64,000 nucleotides of DNA from Porphyridium purpureum (lineage: Eukaryota), in the NCBI GenBank assembly GCA_008690995.1, contig VRMN01000003.1:1798001-1862000 (forward strand). The letters run 5' to 3'. Positions 44,947-55,439 of the stretch are shown one piece after another. Position numbers and translations under genes: made by a program. The notes under the pieces were generated by a model, which did not search any database, was not told the DNA's origin, and saw nothing but the letters and a program-made list of their open reading frames with translations. The first letter of the stretch is position 1. Each line of letters starts with the position of its first letter.

Positions 44947-46356
44947 TCAAGCCAGGAGTGCAAAACGGATAATTTGATCCATGAACCAGAGAGGATCGTC
45001 TGTGTTCGTAGTCAGGAGGATCTCGCGGAATCGCGCATTGTGTGACTGTTGAAAAAACCAATTCACCATCATCTTGTACTTGGCAACTTGTGTCTTGTGG
45101 TGCTTGGCCATTGAAGTGTTTGCACGCTTCGGAACGACACCAGCGCTCGCGTAAGTCGTCCAGAATGCGCGCACCAGCTCGCGCCGATCGCGTTCTGGAA
45201 TGGCGTGCCCGAGCACCTGTTGCTTGATTTGTCGGAAAATCAGCGGGTTCTTGCATGCACCTCGGCCTAACATTAGCCCATCGCACTTTGCCAGCGACAA
45301 AATTTGTGCTGCGTCTAGCGTCGTGTTGATATCACCATTTCCAATCACCTGCACGTTTGTGTACTGTGGATACTTGACGGTGAGCAGATGCTTGGCGCGC
45401 GCCACCATGGACCAATCTGCACTTCCTGTATAATGCTGCACTTTTGTACGCCCATGGATCGTGATACGCGACGCTCCACCTTCAGCAATGGCGAGCACAT
45501 TCTCGTCAAAGAGCTCTGTGGAAGCATACCCTGTGCGCATTTTCACGGAGATTGGCACACGAATTGGCGGCCGCTCCTTGGTGGGCGCTTGGACCTTGTG
45601 CTTGACGGCAACGTTGGTCGTTTGTATCCTCTGCGGCTCTACAATCTCCGCGCGACTACTATGTACAAGCTGCCGTGCTGGTGCGTGAGCCCTACTCGTC
45701 TCAAAATGTCCCAAGCGGTCAGCACACGCATCTGCAGTTTCACGAAGAGCACGCACCATACCGTGTAACGCATTTGGATCGCGGAGCAGCGACGAGCCAC
45801 CTCCACTGCCGGTGATACCCTTAGCAGGGCATCCACAATTCAGATCTACGCCTGGCGCGCCTCGGTCCATGACCAAGCTTTCAACGGCAGCGCACATGCT
45901 CATGATTTCGCCGCCCATGATCTGTGGCGTGATCTTCACGGGCAACGTTTCGTGCACGTCAAAGTGCTTCACAATGCCGCGCACATGGCGCATATGCCCA
46001 CGGCTGCCTTGGAGCTCGTGTTCTGGGACGCGTATGAATTCAGTCACAAACTCGTCCATTCCACCCACCGCCAGCAACGCTGCGCGGAATTGAGCGCATC
46101 CCAGCACTTCCATTGGAGCTACAATCAGCAATGGTGCGCGCTCGCCGCGCGTCTGGTCGCTTGCATCCAACATGCACCATGCGCTTGACTCGGCGGTTTC
46201 AAAGCCATGCAACACAGCCACTCTTCTTCCGATATGCGCGCGATTCCTGGCACGCCGGAGCACAGACTCACAGACATTGCCTTTGCACGTGCCATAGCCA
46301 TGTTTCTCGCCAGCATTCCATAAACACAACTTATTCACGAAGCCTGCCAGCTCCAT
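44947..46356 (-). CDS. tRNA-dihydrouridine synthase (bacterial DusC-like), probably organellar
   Basis: APME, VTEFIRV, DLNCGCP, VKMRTG, IHGRT, IGNGDI, GLMLGRG. Confidence 0.9.
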   Translation of the reverse strand: MELAGFVNKLCLWNAGEKHGYGTCKGNVCESVLRRARNRAHIGRRVAVLHGFETAESSAWCMLDASDQTRGERAPLLIVAPMEVLGCAQFRAALLAVGGMDEFVTEFIRVPEHELQGSRGHMRHVRGIVKHFDVHETLPVKITPQIMGGEIMSMCAAVESLVMDRGAPGVDLNCGCPAKGITGSGGGSSLLRDPNALHGMVRALRETADACADRLGHFETSRAHAPARQLVHSSRAEIVEPQRIQTTNVAVKHKVQAPTKERPPIRVPISVKMRTGYASTELFDENVLAIAEGGASRITIHGRTKVQHYTGSADWSMVARAKHLLTVKYPQYTNVQVIGNGDINTTLDAAQILSLAKCDGLMLGRGACKNPLIFRQIKQQVLGHAIPERDRRELVRAFWTTYASAGVVPKRANTSMAKHHKTQVAKYKMMVNWFFQQSHNARFREILLTTNTDDPLWFMDQIIRFALLA

Positions 46357-46492
46357 CCTGTCCAAGCCGGTCTTCTTCCCGTTCCTCGTGGCCGCCGTAC
46401 ACTTATCGCGTATCGCAGTGACAGAAGTGCGCGGTCACACACGTTCGAGGAAGAGAAAGCGGAGCGAGGCGCTCCGCGTTGTTATCAGTGAG

Positions 46493-49400
46493 ATGGCGTT
46501 TGCAGCAGTAAACGCGGTACATCCACCGACTGGTGTGACACACGCGCTGAGTGCGCGGATTTTGCGGCCCGATGGCGGGGATGAGTATGGTGGCGACGCG
46601 GACGCACATAAACAGCTGGTGCTTGTCAAGGGCACCCTTCTGGAATTATACGTGGTCCGTGAGCAAGGTGACGCGCGGCGCCTGCAGTTGATTCACGCTC
46701 AGCACCTACTGGGGGTAGTAGAAAGCGCAGTGGCAGTGCCCCTGCCATACGTGCAGTACGACTGCGTGGTGCTCGGCTTTCGTGGCGCGCGCATCTCGGT
46801 GCTCAGCTGGGATCCGACAAGATTCGAGTGGCGAACGGAGCAGATCTTCTCGTTGGCCAAGTATTTAACCACTGCGGCTAAGGAAGGCGATCCAGATCCG
46901 CAAGGCGTGCTGGCAGGGCGCGATTTAACAACGGACGCGCCCCTTCTCAAAGCTGAACGCAGCGGTCGGTCGCTCGCCGTGCTGTGCCCAAACACAAATG
47001 TACTCTTTGTGTTGCCGATTGGCTCGCTCGAGTTCTACATGCGCACCGTGATCAAGAACCAGCAACCGGAGTACGCAGGAAACGTGCTCATCACAGAGGA
47101 GAAAATATTGTGCGTTCCTCTCATCGACTACGGCGTCTGGAACGTGCGCGACTTCTGCTATTGCGAGGATGCAATGGACCCAACTCTGGCCATGGTTTTT
47201 GCGCCTCATCCTACCTGGGCCGGCCGCGTCGCAGCAAACCCTGCACCCTGCAAATCCAAGGCTCTGCGCGTAGATTTGCACACGAAGTATGTGGACTTGG
47301 TCTGGACACTCGAGGCGTTGCCATTTGATGTGCAGCTGATCACAGGCATTCCACGTGAACTCGGTGGAGGCGGCTGCTTGATTCAGGCACCCAGCGTGCT
47401 TTTTCTTGTGCGTTACGGCATCGCAAAAAGCGTGCTTGCGGTGAATGAGGTTGGCCTCGACTACTTTGACTATGTGCGAAGCGAGGTCAAGGAACATAGG
47501 GGTATGCTTGCAAATGCACACAAGGCAGCACCATTAGCACTGGATCTGTCTTCATGTCTGGTCGTGCTCCAGGTCGATAAGCTGAGCGCTTGGTTTGGAT
47601 CTGCATTGATTCTTTTGCCCAGTGGGCGGTGCTTGCAGATGAAAATTCCGTTGGAATCTGAAACAAGTCCTGTGCTGGAGCTGGGAGAAGTGCGAACTGA
47701 GACGATAAGTGAGTGTAGTGCTCTTACAATGTTGGATCATGAGCTTGTGTTTGTCGGCAGCCGCTGGAGTGATTCTCTTGTGTTCAAAATGAAACGGCGA
47801 GAGCAACCAAACGAACCGCGTACGTACGCAGAAGGCCACGAACCTGCAGCAAATGGAATATTAAGCGACCTGGAGGGGGACAGAGCAGAGTTTCCGTCAA
47901 AATCTGCACATGCCTTGAAGGTTGAACCGAATGCCATGGAGCCTGGTACGGGCGCCGAGAGAGAGGGCAAGGGTCACGAAGACGAGGATGCTTCTTGGAT
48001 ATTTCAGACAGAGCCTTCAATGAAGCGCTTGAAAACAAATGCGGCGGCGGCTCCAGGACAAATTGCACGATTCGAAAGCACTCGGGAAGGTAGCGCATAT
48101 GAACTTGTGGAGTGCGACCGCTTGCAAAGCCTAGGCCCGAATGCGGACGTGAGCGCTGTGCAGAGCACGGACAATCACTTGACAGAAGATCGCATGGGCA
48201 AGCGGCTTGAGCTGGTTGTGCCCGGCGGTACGGGTGCGTCCGGCGGTCTGGGCGTCCTGAGTAAGACGGTGCGTCCACTTCCGCTCACGGCTTTCACCCT
48301 TGCCAATGGCCGCTGTGTATGGACGGTAGTGAACATTGTGCGAAACCGCGCTTGCGCTCACGTGCGCTCCCAGCGGAATGCAGCCATTCGCAAGCAGAAC
48401 GCGCGGCGTGAGCAGCAGAATAAGCAGGTTCAGACGTTGCGCGCGCAATTTATAGAGACCGCGCTACTTGCACAGGGCCAGCAGAAGGAGGAACCGCTCA
48501 GGGCCAAAGCTGAGGTGAAAGCCGAAGGTGAGGGGCAAGAGGAAAAGCAAGTTGGCGCTAGTAGCCGAGCCAGCGTCAAAGTAGAAGAAGCAGTCCTCGA
48601 GGAGCCGTCGCGTAAAGAGCGTGTCAAGATTCAGGCTGACGCAATGCTCGAGCCGCGCCATGATGCGGGAGAAGCGGATGGCAGCCGTGATGTAAAGCCG
48701 GAGCAGGATACCGACGACGTCGTGCTTGCCGCAATCAAGCAGATGGCCGAGGCACAGTATCCAATTCAGCCGCCGCTGGCACTGGACGAGGGACCAGAAT
48801 ACGAAGATGGAAAGCACATGAGTTCGCTTATGTTTGTGAACACTTATAACCCGAACGGCACAGCGCTCCTGCGTGTCGAAGAGGAGATTAGCAAGCTTGA
48901 CGAGCCGGGTGCACAGGGCGGCCTTGTGACAAATTTGCTGACGGTTGCGGCCGGAAATGTGCTTGGGAAAGCAGCTATTGTGCAGGTTGTCAAGAGTGGT
49001 GTAAAGTTGTTGCACGGCACGCGCCAGGCATTCAGCTACATGAATCCGCATGCGTCCTCGATTGTGCATGCTCAGGTCCTTGATCCGTATGTGCTTCTCC
49101 AGCTTGCGTCTGGCACATTCATTGTTCTAGAGGCTCGCTTTGAAGGTGGCACCAGCATTCCGGTCTCCGCCAGTAGCGGGGCGGTTGCGGCTTCTTCTGT
49201 CAAGGAAGAGGCTTCCGCGAAGTTTGATTCTGTGGAGCTCGAAGAGTCAGAAATGGAGATGGACATGGACCCGGACGACCTTGTGAGTTTCGACTGGGAT
49301 GCGTTAATCGCCAAGACTGAAATGGAAATCGAGGCTGGCGGTCAAGTGAGTAGTATGACGCTTGTGGAAGTTTATTACAGCGGGGATACGAGCGGCGGCA

Positions 49401-52171
49401 AAGTGAACGAGCTTGTGCAGTCGGTTGGTTTGTACAGAGGGCCTGCCGCGCAGGCAGTATTTCACGGCAGCGCCGATGCAGGTACCCCAGGCGCAGATTG
49501 GGATGGTTACGGAAATGGCGATGACGGCGAGCTTTACGATGTTATGGGGAGCCGGCATGGGAACGGATCGGACTTGCCTTCGAGCAACATGATGACCGAG
49601 GAGGACTTTGCGTATCAACAGGAAGAAAAAAGCCTGTACGGGTACGTGCCAAATGCGCGCAGTGAAGCGCGCGCATTCTCGGCGTCGGATCCGCTCGTGG
49701 TGCAAGGCGGTGATGACAAGTCAAGCGACGGCGAGCACGGGATTTTGCTTGTTGTGCTGAGCCGCTCGGGCGTACTTGAAGTCCGCTCTGCACCAGACTT
49801 TGACATCACCATTTTCAGAAATGCACGCTTCTTCTTGTTGCCACAAATCCTCGACGATGACGGTGGTGAGCGGCAGATGAATGCTTTTTCGGTGGTGCCT
49901 GACAGCGAGGACGACAACCGAGCGCCAGGTAGCGCAGCTCATCAGAGTAGTGCGCCGTTGTCTGCGGTGCCGGAGAAATCAAAGGCTCCCTCTGCTGCAG
50001 TCGTGCCCAGCGCAATGCAGATTACCTCCGTGGCTCTGGCATCGGTGCGGGGGGTATCATCCTTTCGTTCTATTTCGACACTTGTGCTCATCGCTCTCGA
50101 CCAGCAGAACTTCCCAACTATATACCGTGGTCATATAGTACCGGTGCGCGACCGCAGGCGAACGCGCCTAAATTTGGAGGTGGACGATCTTGCATTCCGC
50201 TGGCGCGTGCGATTCGTGCGCGTGCTGGGTTCAGAGATTTTGCTGCACCAGGTTCCATCACCGGAGCAAGTCGCGGCTGGCGCTGCAGCCTCCGCTGCTG
50301 CTTCGACCAGCAAGAAAGCACGCGAAATGATCGAACCATCGGTGGTTGCATTCGACGACATTGCAGGTCGCGGCGGCATATTTGTCAAGGCGCTACACCC
50401 TTTCCTGCTCTTTGCCGAACGAGGCTACTTTCGATATCACCCCGTAAGCGTGCCTGGGCAAAGTACTTCGACGCAGGTTGGTGGGTTTGCGCCGGTACAC
50501 GCCGTCAATTGCCGACACGGCTTTGTTATGCTGACGAATGTACGCAAGAACGCTGGTGGTCAGGGTGATGCGGCAGGAGCAGGTTCGGAAATGGGGCACG
50601 ACATCGCGGCCGCGACGACGCTGTCTATTTGTGTGCTACCGCCTCCGGACATGGTATCATACGAAGGTGCATGGTCGATGCGCAAAGTACCGTGCCATGG
50701 CACGCCATTGCGCGTAACGTATCACCCGCAGACAGAAGCGGTATGTGCGCTGGTGTTGTGCAAGAACGCGATCGACCGAGTGCAGCGCGCAAACGAAATC
50801 CGCACCATGTCGTCGTTTTTCCGCAAGGCGGCCGAGGATGACGATGAGGATGCAGCGACAAGGGCGAAGTCACAGGGGCGTGCGAAAGAAGCAGAGCAAG
50901 AGGGAGGCGCAGAGAGTAATGCTTCGAGCGGACTTTTCATGCCCGATCTCGAGTCGGACGTGTATGAAGTGCACTCGTACCGCCCAGACCGATGGGAGCT
51001 GATTGACAAGCACAAGCTGCAGCCCTACGAGGTGGCGCTTTCTGCCAAATGCATGACGGTGGATGTCTACAAGTCAGCAATAAGCGAGGGAGCGTCTGCG
51101 CCGTCGTCCAACCAGGGTCGCGGGCAGGGTAGGAACAGTGGCGAACCGGAGATTTCGCCATTTGCGGCCGCCGTCAAGTTGCGCCCAAAGAATATGCTCG
51201 TGGTCAGCACAGGCTACGATAAGGGAGAAGAGGTGTCGATCCGCGGGCGATTGCTGATGTTTGAAATTTCGCGTTTGGATAACTTTGTTGAGAACGAAGT
51301 GGTATCCACGTTTCAGATGCGGCTGATTTCGGAGAAGGAGTTGAAGGGGCCTGTGACCGACGTCGCGTCTATGGAAGGGTACGTATTGGTGTCGATCGGG
51401 ACCAAGGTGGAAGTGTACAAGCTCGTCGAAGACGAAATTGTGTGTTGCTCCTTCTTGTTCGTCGACCTGTTCTGTAATGGGCTCAGCTCGATCAAGAACT
51501 ATTGCCTTTCGTCTGATATGTACCGTAACGTGACTCTGTCCATGTGGCGCAATCGGAACAAGAGCCTCAACTTTCTCGCGAAGGGCTACGAGCCGCTGGA
51601 TATTGCGAGCGCCGAGTTTCTGGTCCACGATGCCGCGCTCGGTGTGGTTGTTGCTGATGCGAATGGCAACGTACAGCTGATGCATTACGACCCCGAGGAC
51701 CCAGATGCTCGTGGTGGAAGTCGGCTGGTGCCCAATGGCGCTCTGTTCATGGGTACAGTCGTGAACCGAATGTTGCGTGTGCGTGACCATATGCCAAAAG
51801 TGATTGACCAGACGCACGCGGCGGGAAAGCAGGACCTCGTCTACGTGTCGTCCGATGGCGAAATTGGATCGTTTGCTCCGCTCAACGAGGTCGAGTTCCG
51901 TGCTCTCAGCACGCTCTCTAGCCGGCTCGCGCAGAGTACGAGCATTCCGCGCTGCGCTGGGCTCAATCCGCGCGCGTTCCGCGCGTTCCAGCCGCCGCCG
52001 CACACGAACGTGCAGGTGCACCAGCACAATCTCATAGACGTCGATTTCATCGCAGACCTTGCAATGCTGGATCGCACCAAGCGCAGCGAGCTCCTGCGGC
52101 TTTGTGGTGTGAAAGAAGACGCGCTGCGTGCTGCGCTGTATTCACTTGCTCGCGTGTGGGCACGGTTCTGA
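46493..52171 (+). CDS. CPSF1: Cleavage and polyadenylation specificity factor subunit 1 (CPSF160)
   Basis: VHPPTGVTH start, PTWAGR, LPFDV, VFVGSRWSDSL, GEEVSIRGRLLMFE, KELKGPVT, AGLNPRAFR; 1892 aa. Confidence 0.92.
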   Translation: MAFAAVNAVHPPTGVTHALSARILRPDGGDEYGGDADAHKQLVLVKGTLLELYVVREQGDARRLQLIHAQHLLGVVESAVAVPLPYVQYDCVVLGFRGARISVLSWDPTRFEWRTEQIFSLAKYLTTAAKEGDPDPQGVLAGRDLTTDAPLLKAERSGRSLAVLCPNTNVLFVLPIGSLEFYMRTVIKNQQPEYAGNVLITEEKILCVPLIDYGVWNVRDFCYCEDAMDPTLAMVFAPHPTWAGRVAANPAPCKSKALRVDLHTKYVDLVWTLEALPFDVQLITGIPRELGGGGCLIQAPSVLFLVRYGIAKSVLAVNEVGLDYFDYVRSEVKEHRGMLANAHKAAPLALDLSSCLVVLQVDKLSAWFGSALILLPSGRCLQMKIPLESETSPVLELGEVRTETISECSALTMLDHELVFVGSRWSDSLVFKMKRREQPNEPRTYAEGHEPAANGILSDLEGDRAEFPSKSAHALKVEPNAMEPGTGAEREGKGHEDEDASWIFQTEPSMKRLKTNAAAAPGQIARFESTREGSAYELVECDRLQSLGPNADVSAVQSTDNHLTEDRMGKRLELVVPGGTGASGGLGVLSKTVRPLPLTAFTLANGRCVWTVVNIVRNRACAHVRSQRNAAIRKQNARREQQNKQVQTLRAQFIETALLAQGQQKEEPLRAKAEVKAEGEGQEEKQVGASSRASVKVEEAVLEEPSRKERVKIQADAMLEPRHDAGEADGSRDVKPEQDTDDVVLAAIKQMAEAQYPIQPPLALDEGPEYEDGKHMSSLMFVNTYNPNGTALLRVEEEISKLDEPGAQGGLVTNLLTVAAGNVLGKAAIVQVVKSGVKLLHGTRQAFSYMNPHASSIVHAQVLDPYVLLQLASGTFIVLEARFEGGTSIPVSASSGAVAASSVKEEASAKFDSVELEESEMEMDMDPDDLVSFDWDALIAKTEMEIEAGGQVSSMTLVEVYYSGDTSGGKVNELVQSVGLYRGPAAQAVFHGSADAGTPGADWDGYGNGDDGELYDVMGSRHGNGSDLPSSNMMTEEDFAYQQEEKSLYGYVPNARSEARAFSASDPLVVQGGDDKSSDGEHGILLVVLSRSGVLEVRSAPDFDITIFRNARFFLLPQILDDDGGERQMNAFSVVPDSEDDNRAPGSAAHQSSAPLSAVPEKSKAPSAAVVPSAMQITSVALASVRGVSSFRSISTLVLIALDQQNFPTIYRGHIVPVRDRRRTRLNLEVDDLAFRWRVRFVRVLGSEILLHQVPSPEQVAAGAAASAAASTSKKAREMIEPSVVAFDDIAGRGGIFVKALHPFLLFAERGYFRYHPVSVPGQSTSTQVGGFAPVHAVNCRHGFVMLTNVRKNAGGQGDAAGAGSEMGHDIAAATTLSICVLPPPDMVSYEGAWSMRKVPCHGTPLRVTYHPQTEAVCALVLCKNAIDRVQRANEIRTMSSFFRKAAEDDDEDAATRAKSQGRAKEAEQEGGAESNASSGLFMPDLESDVYEVHSYRPDRWELIDKHKLQPYEVALSAKCMTVDVYKSAISEGASAPSSNQGRGQGRNSGEPEISPFAAAVKLRPKNMLVVSTGYDKGEEVSIRGRLLMFEISRLDNFVENEVVSTFQMRLISEKELKGPVTDVASMEGYVLVSIGTKVEVYKLVEDEIVCCSFLFVDLFCNGLSSIKNYCLSSDMYRNVTLSMWRNRNKSLNFLAKGYEPLDIASAEFLVHDAALGVVVADANGNVQLMHYDPEDPDARGGSRLVPNGALFMGTVVNRMLRVRDHMPKVIDQTHAAGKQDLVYVSSDGEIGSFAPLNEVEFRALSTLSSRLAQSTSIPRCAGLNPRAFRAFQPPPHTNVQVHQHNLIDVDFIADLAMLDRTKRSELLRLCGVKEDALRAALYSLARVWARF

Positions 52172-53276
52172 ACGAGCGCATTCGAGGAATGCGAAGAGTT
52201 GATGGGGTGAGTTTGTGGCGATCAAGACATGGCAAGTAGGTTCATGCCTGGATGCATGCGCGTGGCGTTGGGATAATAAATTCGGGCAGACATCAATGAT
52301 GCACTGACTATCGAGGGGACGGCAGCTGAGCCCTTTCCGTAGACACCAAGCCATGCGAGCGTTCCAGGAAACCTTGAGCAGATATCCTAGAATCGAGCGT
52401 CAGGCGGTTTGCTGTCCGCTGGTAGTATGGAACTACCCGCCGCGGTCGCCGGAACATTTCCCGGCCGGTGTGGCGGAGGTTCGCGACGCGCCGAGAGTCG
52501 CTGTCTTCATGTTCCTTTCCTCAGTTCCTCCCGGCCAGTGCGCCAGTATACCATGTGTTTTCATGAAACCGGCCGAGAGGCCTCGTTCACGTGCAGCGCT
52601 CATGCAACACCGGCACACGACTGTGCTCACGCCAGACGTGAAACACAGCAGCCACCAAACCACGCCGTTCGTACCCGCGGCCGGCAGTCCCGGCGGGTCG
52701 GTGGGTCGGCGGGTGGGTGCGTGCGTGCGTGCGTCGAACTGTCCCTTCTCACGCCATATCCCGAGATTTCGACACGCGCGCTTGTTCGGCGGCGCGCAGC
52801 ACCGAACTGTCAGCGCCCACTGTACCCAACCCCGACCTTACTGTCACCGCGCTGTACTTTTTCCCTTCAAAATCCAATGCTTTTCAGTTGCTTCCCCTTT
52901 TCATTTACATACCGTTCACACCAAACATACACGCCGCGGCGCTCCGCCTTGATTTTCTCGTTCTAAATCGCTCGCTTTCTGCGTGCATCCGCTGCTCCGT
53001 CTTGCTCCTTTCACCACACGCAACAGTGGCTAACCGGCGTGCTATCAAAACCGCGCTGTTTTGGTATCAACGTGCGCCGTCTTTGCGTGACCACATGAAA
53101 TAAACGGCTCTCGGCCGGTTGGCGTTTGACACTCGATTGCCACACTCAACAAGCATATGCAAACAGAGTCGCCGAACAACTTATTCATTCATAGTAGAAG
53201 AATATAAGAAGAACTTTCCATTTTATTCTATGTCTCCCCCCTTGTTTGACGTTTTTAGGAGCAGGGGGGTTTTGGT

Positions 53277-53288
53277 GTGTATAAACAG
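53277..53288 (+). promoter_or_regulatory. Putative TATA box of asnA
   Basis: GTGTATAAACAG about 250 bp upstream of ATG 53532, at the start of a purine-rich leader. Confidence 0.35.
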
Positions 53289-53531
53289 CTAGTGGGAGAT
53301 GGTCATTCTAATAGGTATTGGGAGGAACCGGGGAAAAAAAAGGGAACCAAGGGAGGAACAGGGAGTGCATAAGAGAAGGTGGCGGTGTGGGGAGGTGAGC
53401 GGGTGGGGGAGGAGAAGGAAGGTGGGTGTGTGTGTGCGGTGGTGGTGGTGAGTGTGGGTTAGGATAGAGTCGTGGAGGACAGGGGGAGAGAGGGGGAAAG
53501 GAGAAGGGAGGGAGGAAGAGAAAGGGCACTC

Positions 53532-54605
53532 ATGGGTTCAGTGGTGGATTTGGGATTGCCCCCAGTGGAGGGGTATACGCCAGTGATTAAGAACCTGCTC
53601 GAGCTGGAAAAGGCGCTGCTCCTGATCAAGACCACGTTTGAGACAAACCTCAAGGAGAATGTCGGCCTGACGCGCGTGTCGTGCCCAGTGTTCCTGGATA
53701 AGAACTCGGGCATGCAGGATAACCTGAACGGCATCGAAAAGCCGGCCACCTTCAACCCGCGCGACTACCCAGACCTCAAGCTCGAGGTGCCGCACTCGCT
53801 CGCAAAGTGGAAGCGCTGGGCGCTGCAGTACTACAGCTGCCAGCCGGGACAGGGGATTGTCACCGATTTCCGTGGCATCCGTGCCGACGACGACATCGAC
53901 TACACGCACTCGCTGTACGTGGATCAGTGGGACTGGGAGAAGTGCATCACCGAGAACGAGCGCTCCGTCGAGTACCTGCAGGAGATCGTAAAGGGCATCT
54001 ACACCGCTATTTACGTCACCGAGCAGGCCATGTGCAAGGAATTTGGCCTGTCGCCCATCCTGCCGGCCGAAATTCACTTTGCCTCTTCTGACGAAATGAT
54101 CCAGAACCACCCAGAGTCCACACCAAAAGAGCGCGAGGCAATCCTGGCGGAGAAGTACGGCGCTGTGTTCCTGATGGGCATTGGAGGAAATAAAGCCGAT
54201 GGCTCTCTGCGCCACGACGGCCGCGCTCCGGACTATGATGACTGGATCACGCCGCGACCTGACGGTGGAACGGGGTTGAACGGCGACATTCTTGTGTGGC
54301 ACCCTGTGCTGAAGATTCCGTTCGAGCTTTCGTCCATGGGCATTCGCGTGAACAAGGAAGTACTGTTGAAGCAGCTGGAACTGTGCAACGCCATGGACCG
54401 CACGTCGTCACCCTGGCACAAGATGCTTTTGGAGGGAGAAATTCCCCAGTCCATCGGCGGTGGCATTGGCCAGAGCCGCCTGTGCCAGTTCATGCTGCGC
54501 TGCTGCCACATTGGCGAGGTTCAGTACGGCTGGTACAACCCGAAGACTGTGGAAATCTTGAAGTCCAACGGAACAAGACTGCTTGGTCTGGGTGAGGGCT
54601 TTTAA
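53532..54605 (+). CDS. asnA: Aspartate--ammonia ligase (asparagine synthetase A)
   Basis: QDNLNGIE, HSLAKWKR, HSLYVDQWDWE, HDGRAPDYDDW, LNGDILVW, ELSSMGIRV, SIGGGIGQSR, HIGEVQ. Confidence 0.96.
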   Translation: MGSVVDLGLPPVEGYTPVIKNLLELEKALLLIKTTFETNLKENVGLTRVSCPVFLDKNSGMQDNLNGIEKPATFNPRDYPDLKLEVPHSLAKWKRWALQYYSCQPGQGIVTDFRGIRADDDIDYTHSLYVDQWDWEKCITENERSVEYLQEIVKGIYTAIYVTEQAMCKEFGLSPILPAEIHFASSDEMIQNHPESTPKEREAILAEKYGAVFLMGIGGNKADGSLRHDGRAPDYDDWITPRPDGGTGLNGDILVWHPVLKIPFELSSMGIRVNKEVLLKQLELCNAMDRTSSPWHKMLLEGEIPQSIGGGIGQSRLCQFMLRCCHIGEVQYGWYNPKTVEILKSNGTRLLGLGEGF

Positions 54606-55439
54606 TTGGTTTAGTTGTGCGGCTAGATTGCATAATTGAAAGATACCCGATGGCAATTTTCCTTCATTGCCAGAAGGACAGTAGCTTTCCATATGAATGT
54701 GATCCTTTGAATACTTTGTTTGCTTTTTCAATTGGTACCGACAATCTCCGACCCTGTTTCACACACATCTGACGCGTGGCGTCGGGTGCCAGATCCTCAA
54801 CTCACGTTCTTCGAAACATCATCTGTGCTGTACGGAGCCTTTCTGTGCGGCGCTCTAAGCACGGACGATCTGGTTCCGCAGACGCGCGTGGCTGCGACGA
54901 CAGTGTGGGTGCCAAAGTGCCTATCGAACTGTGGGTGCGACTGTGCCCAAGGCTGTGACAGCATCAGAAGCCGAGCGACGGAGGCCGGAGAATGCTACTG
55001 AAACGCATGCTAAGAGAAAAGAAAAAAAAATTAAACAACTCGGATTGTCGGGCGTCTGGTAAGCGCAAGCGCACAGTCCACCGCCGCTAGTGTGGTCACC
55101 GCCCTCCTCGTGACAGCGTGCGGCCAGCAGCGTGCACAAGTCCAGCGCAAGTACAGTCAGCTACTTACAGCGAGCGACTTCTGAAGTACAGTGTCCTTTG
55201 CGTGTAAGGTACAGTATGAGCGGATGTGTGGGTTGAACGCGCCGCACGGCCGGCTCGTAGCGAAAGCGTGCGGGCACGAAAGAAACACAGCGAGACAGGA
55301 GCCAGCACGACTCGGTCGAGGTTTTGGGGCAGACGGGGAATCGACAGACGTCGCGGTACGGCCCGGCGGTCGCTGCTTGGGGGGGTGTAAGGCAGAATCG
55401 CTTGTATGAGGGTTGGCGCGTGCGCAGCTCCGAGACAAG

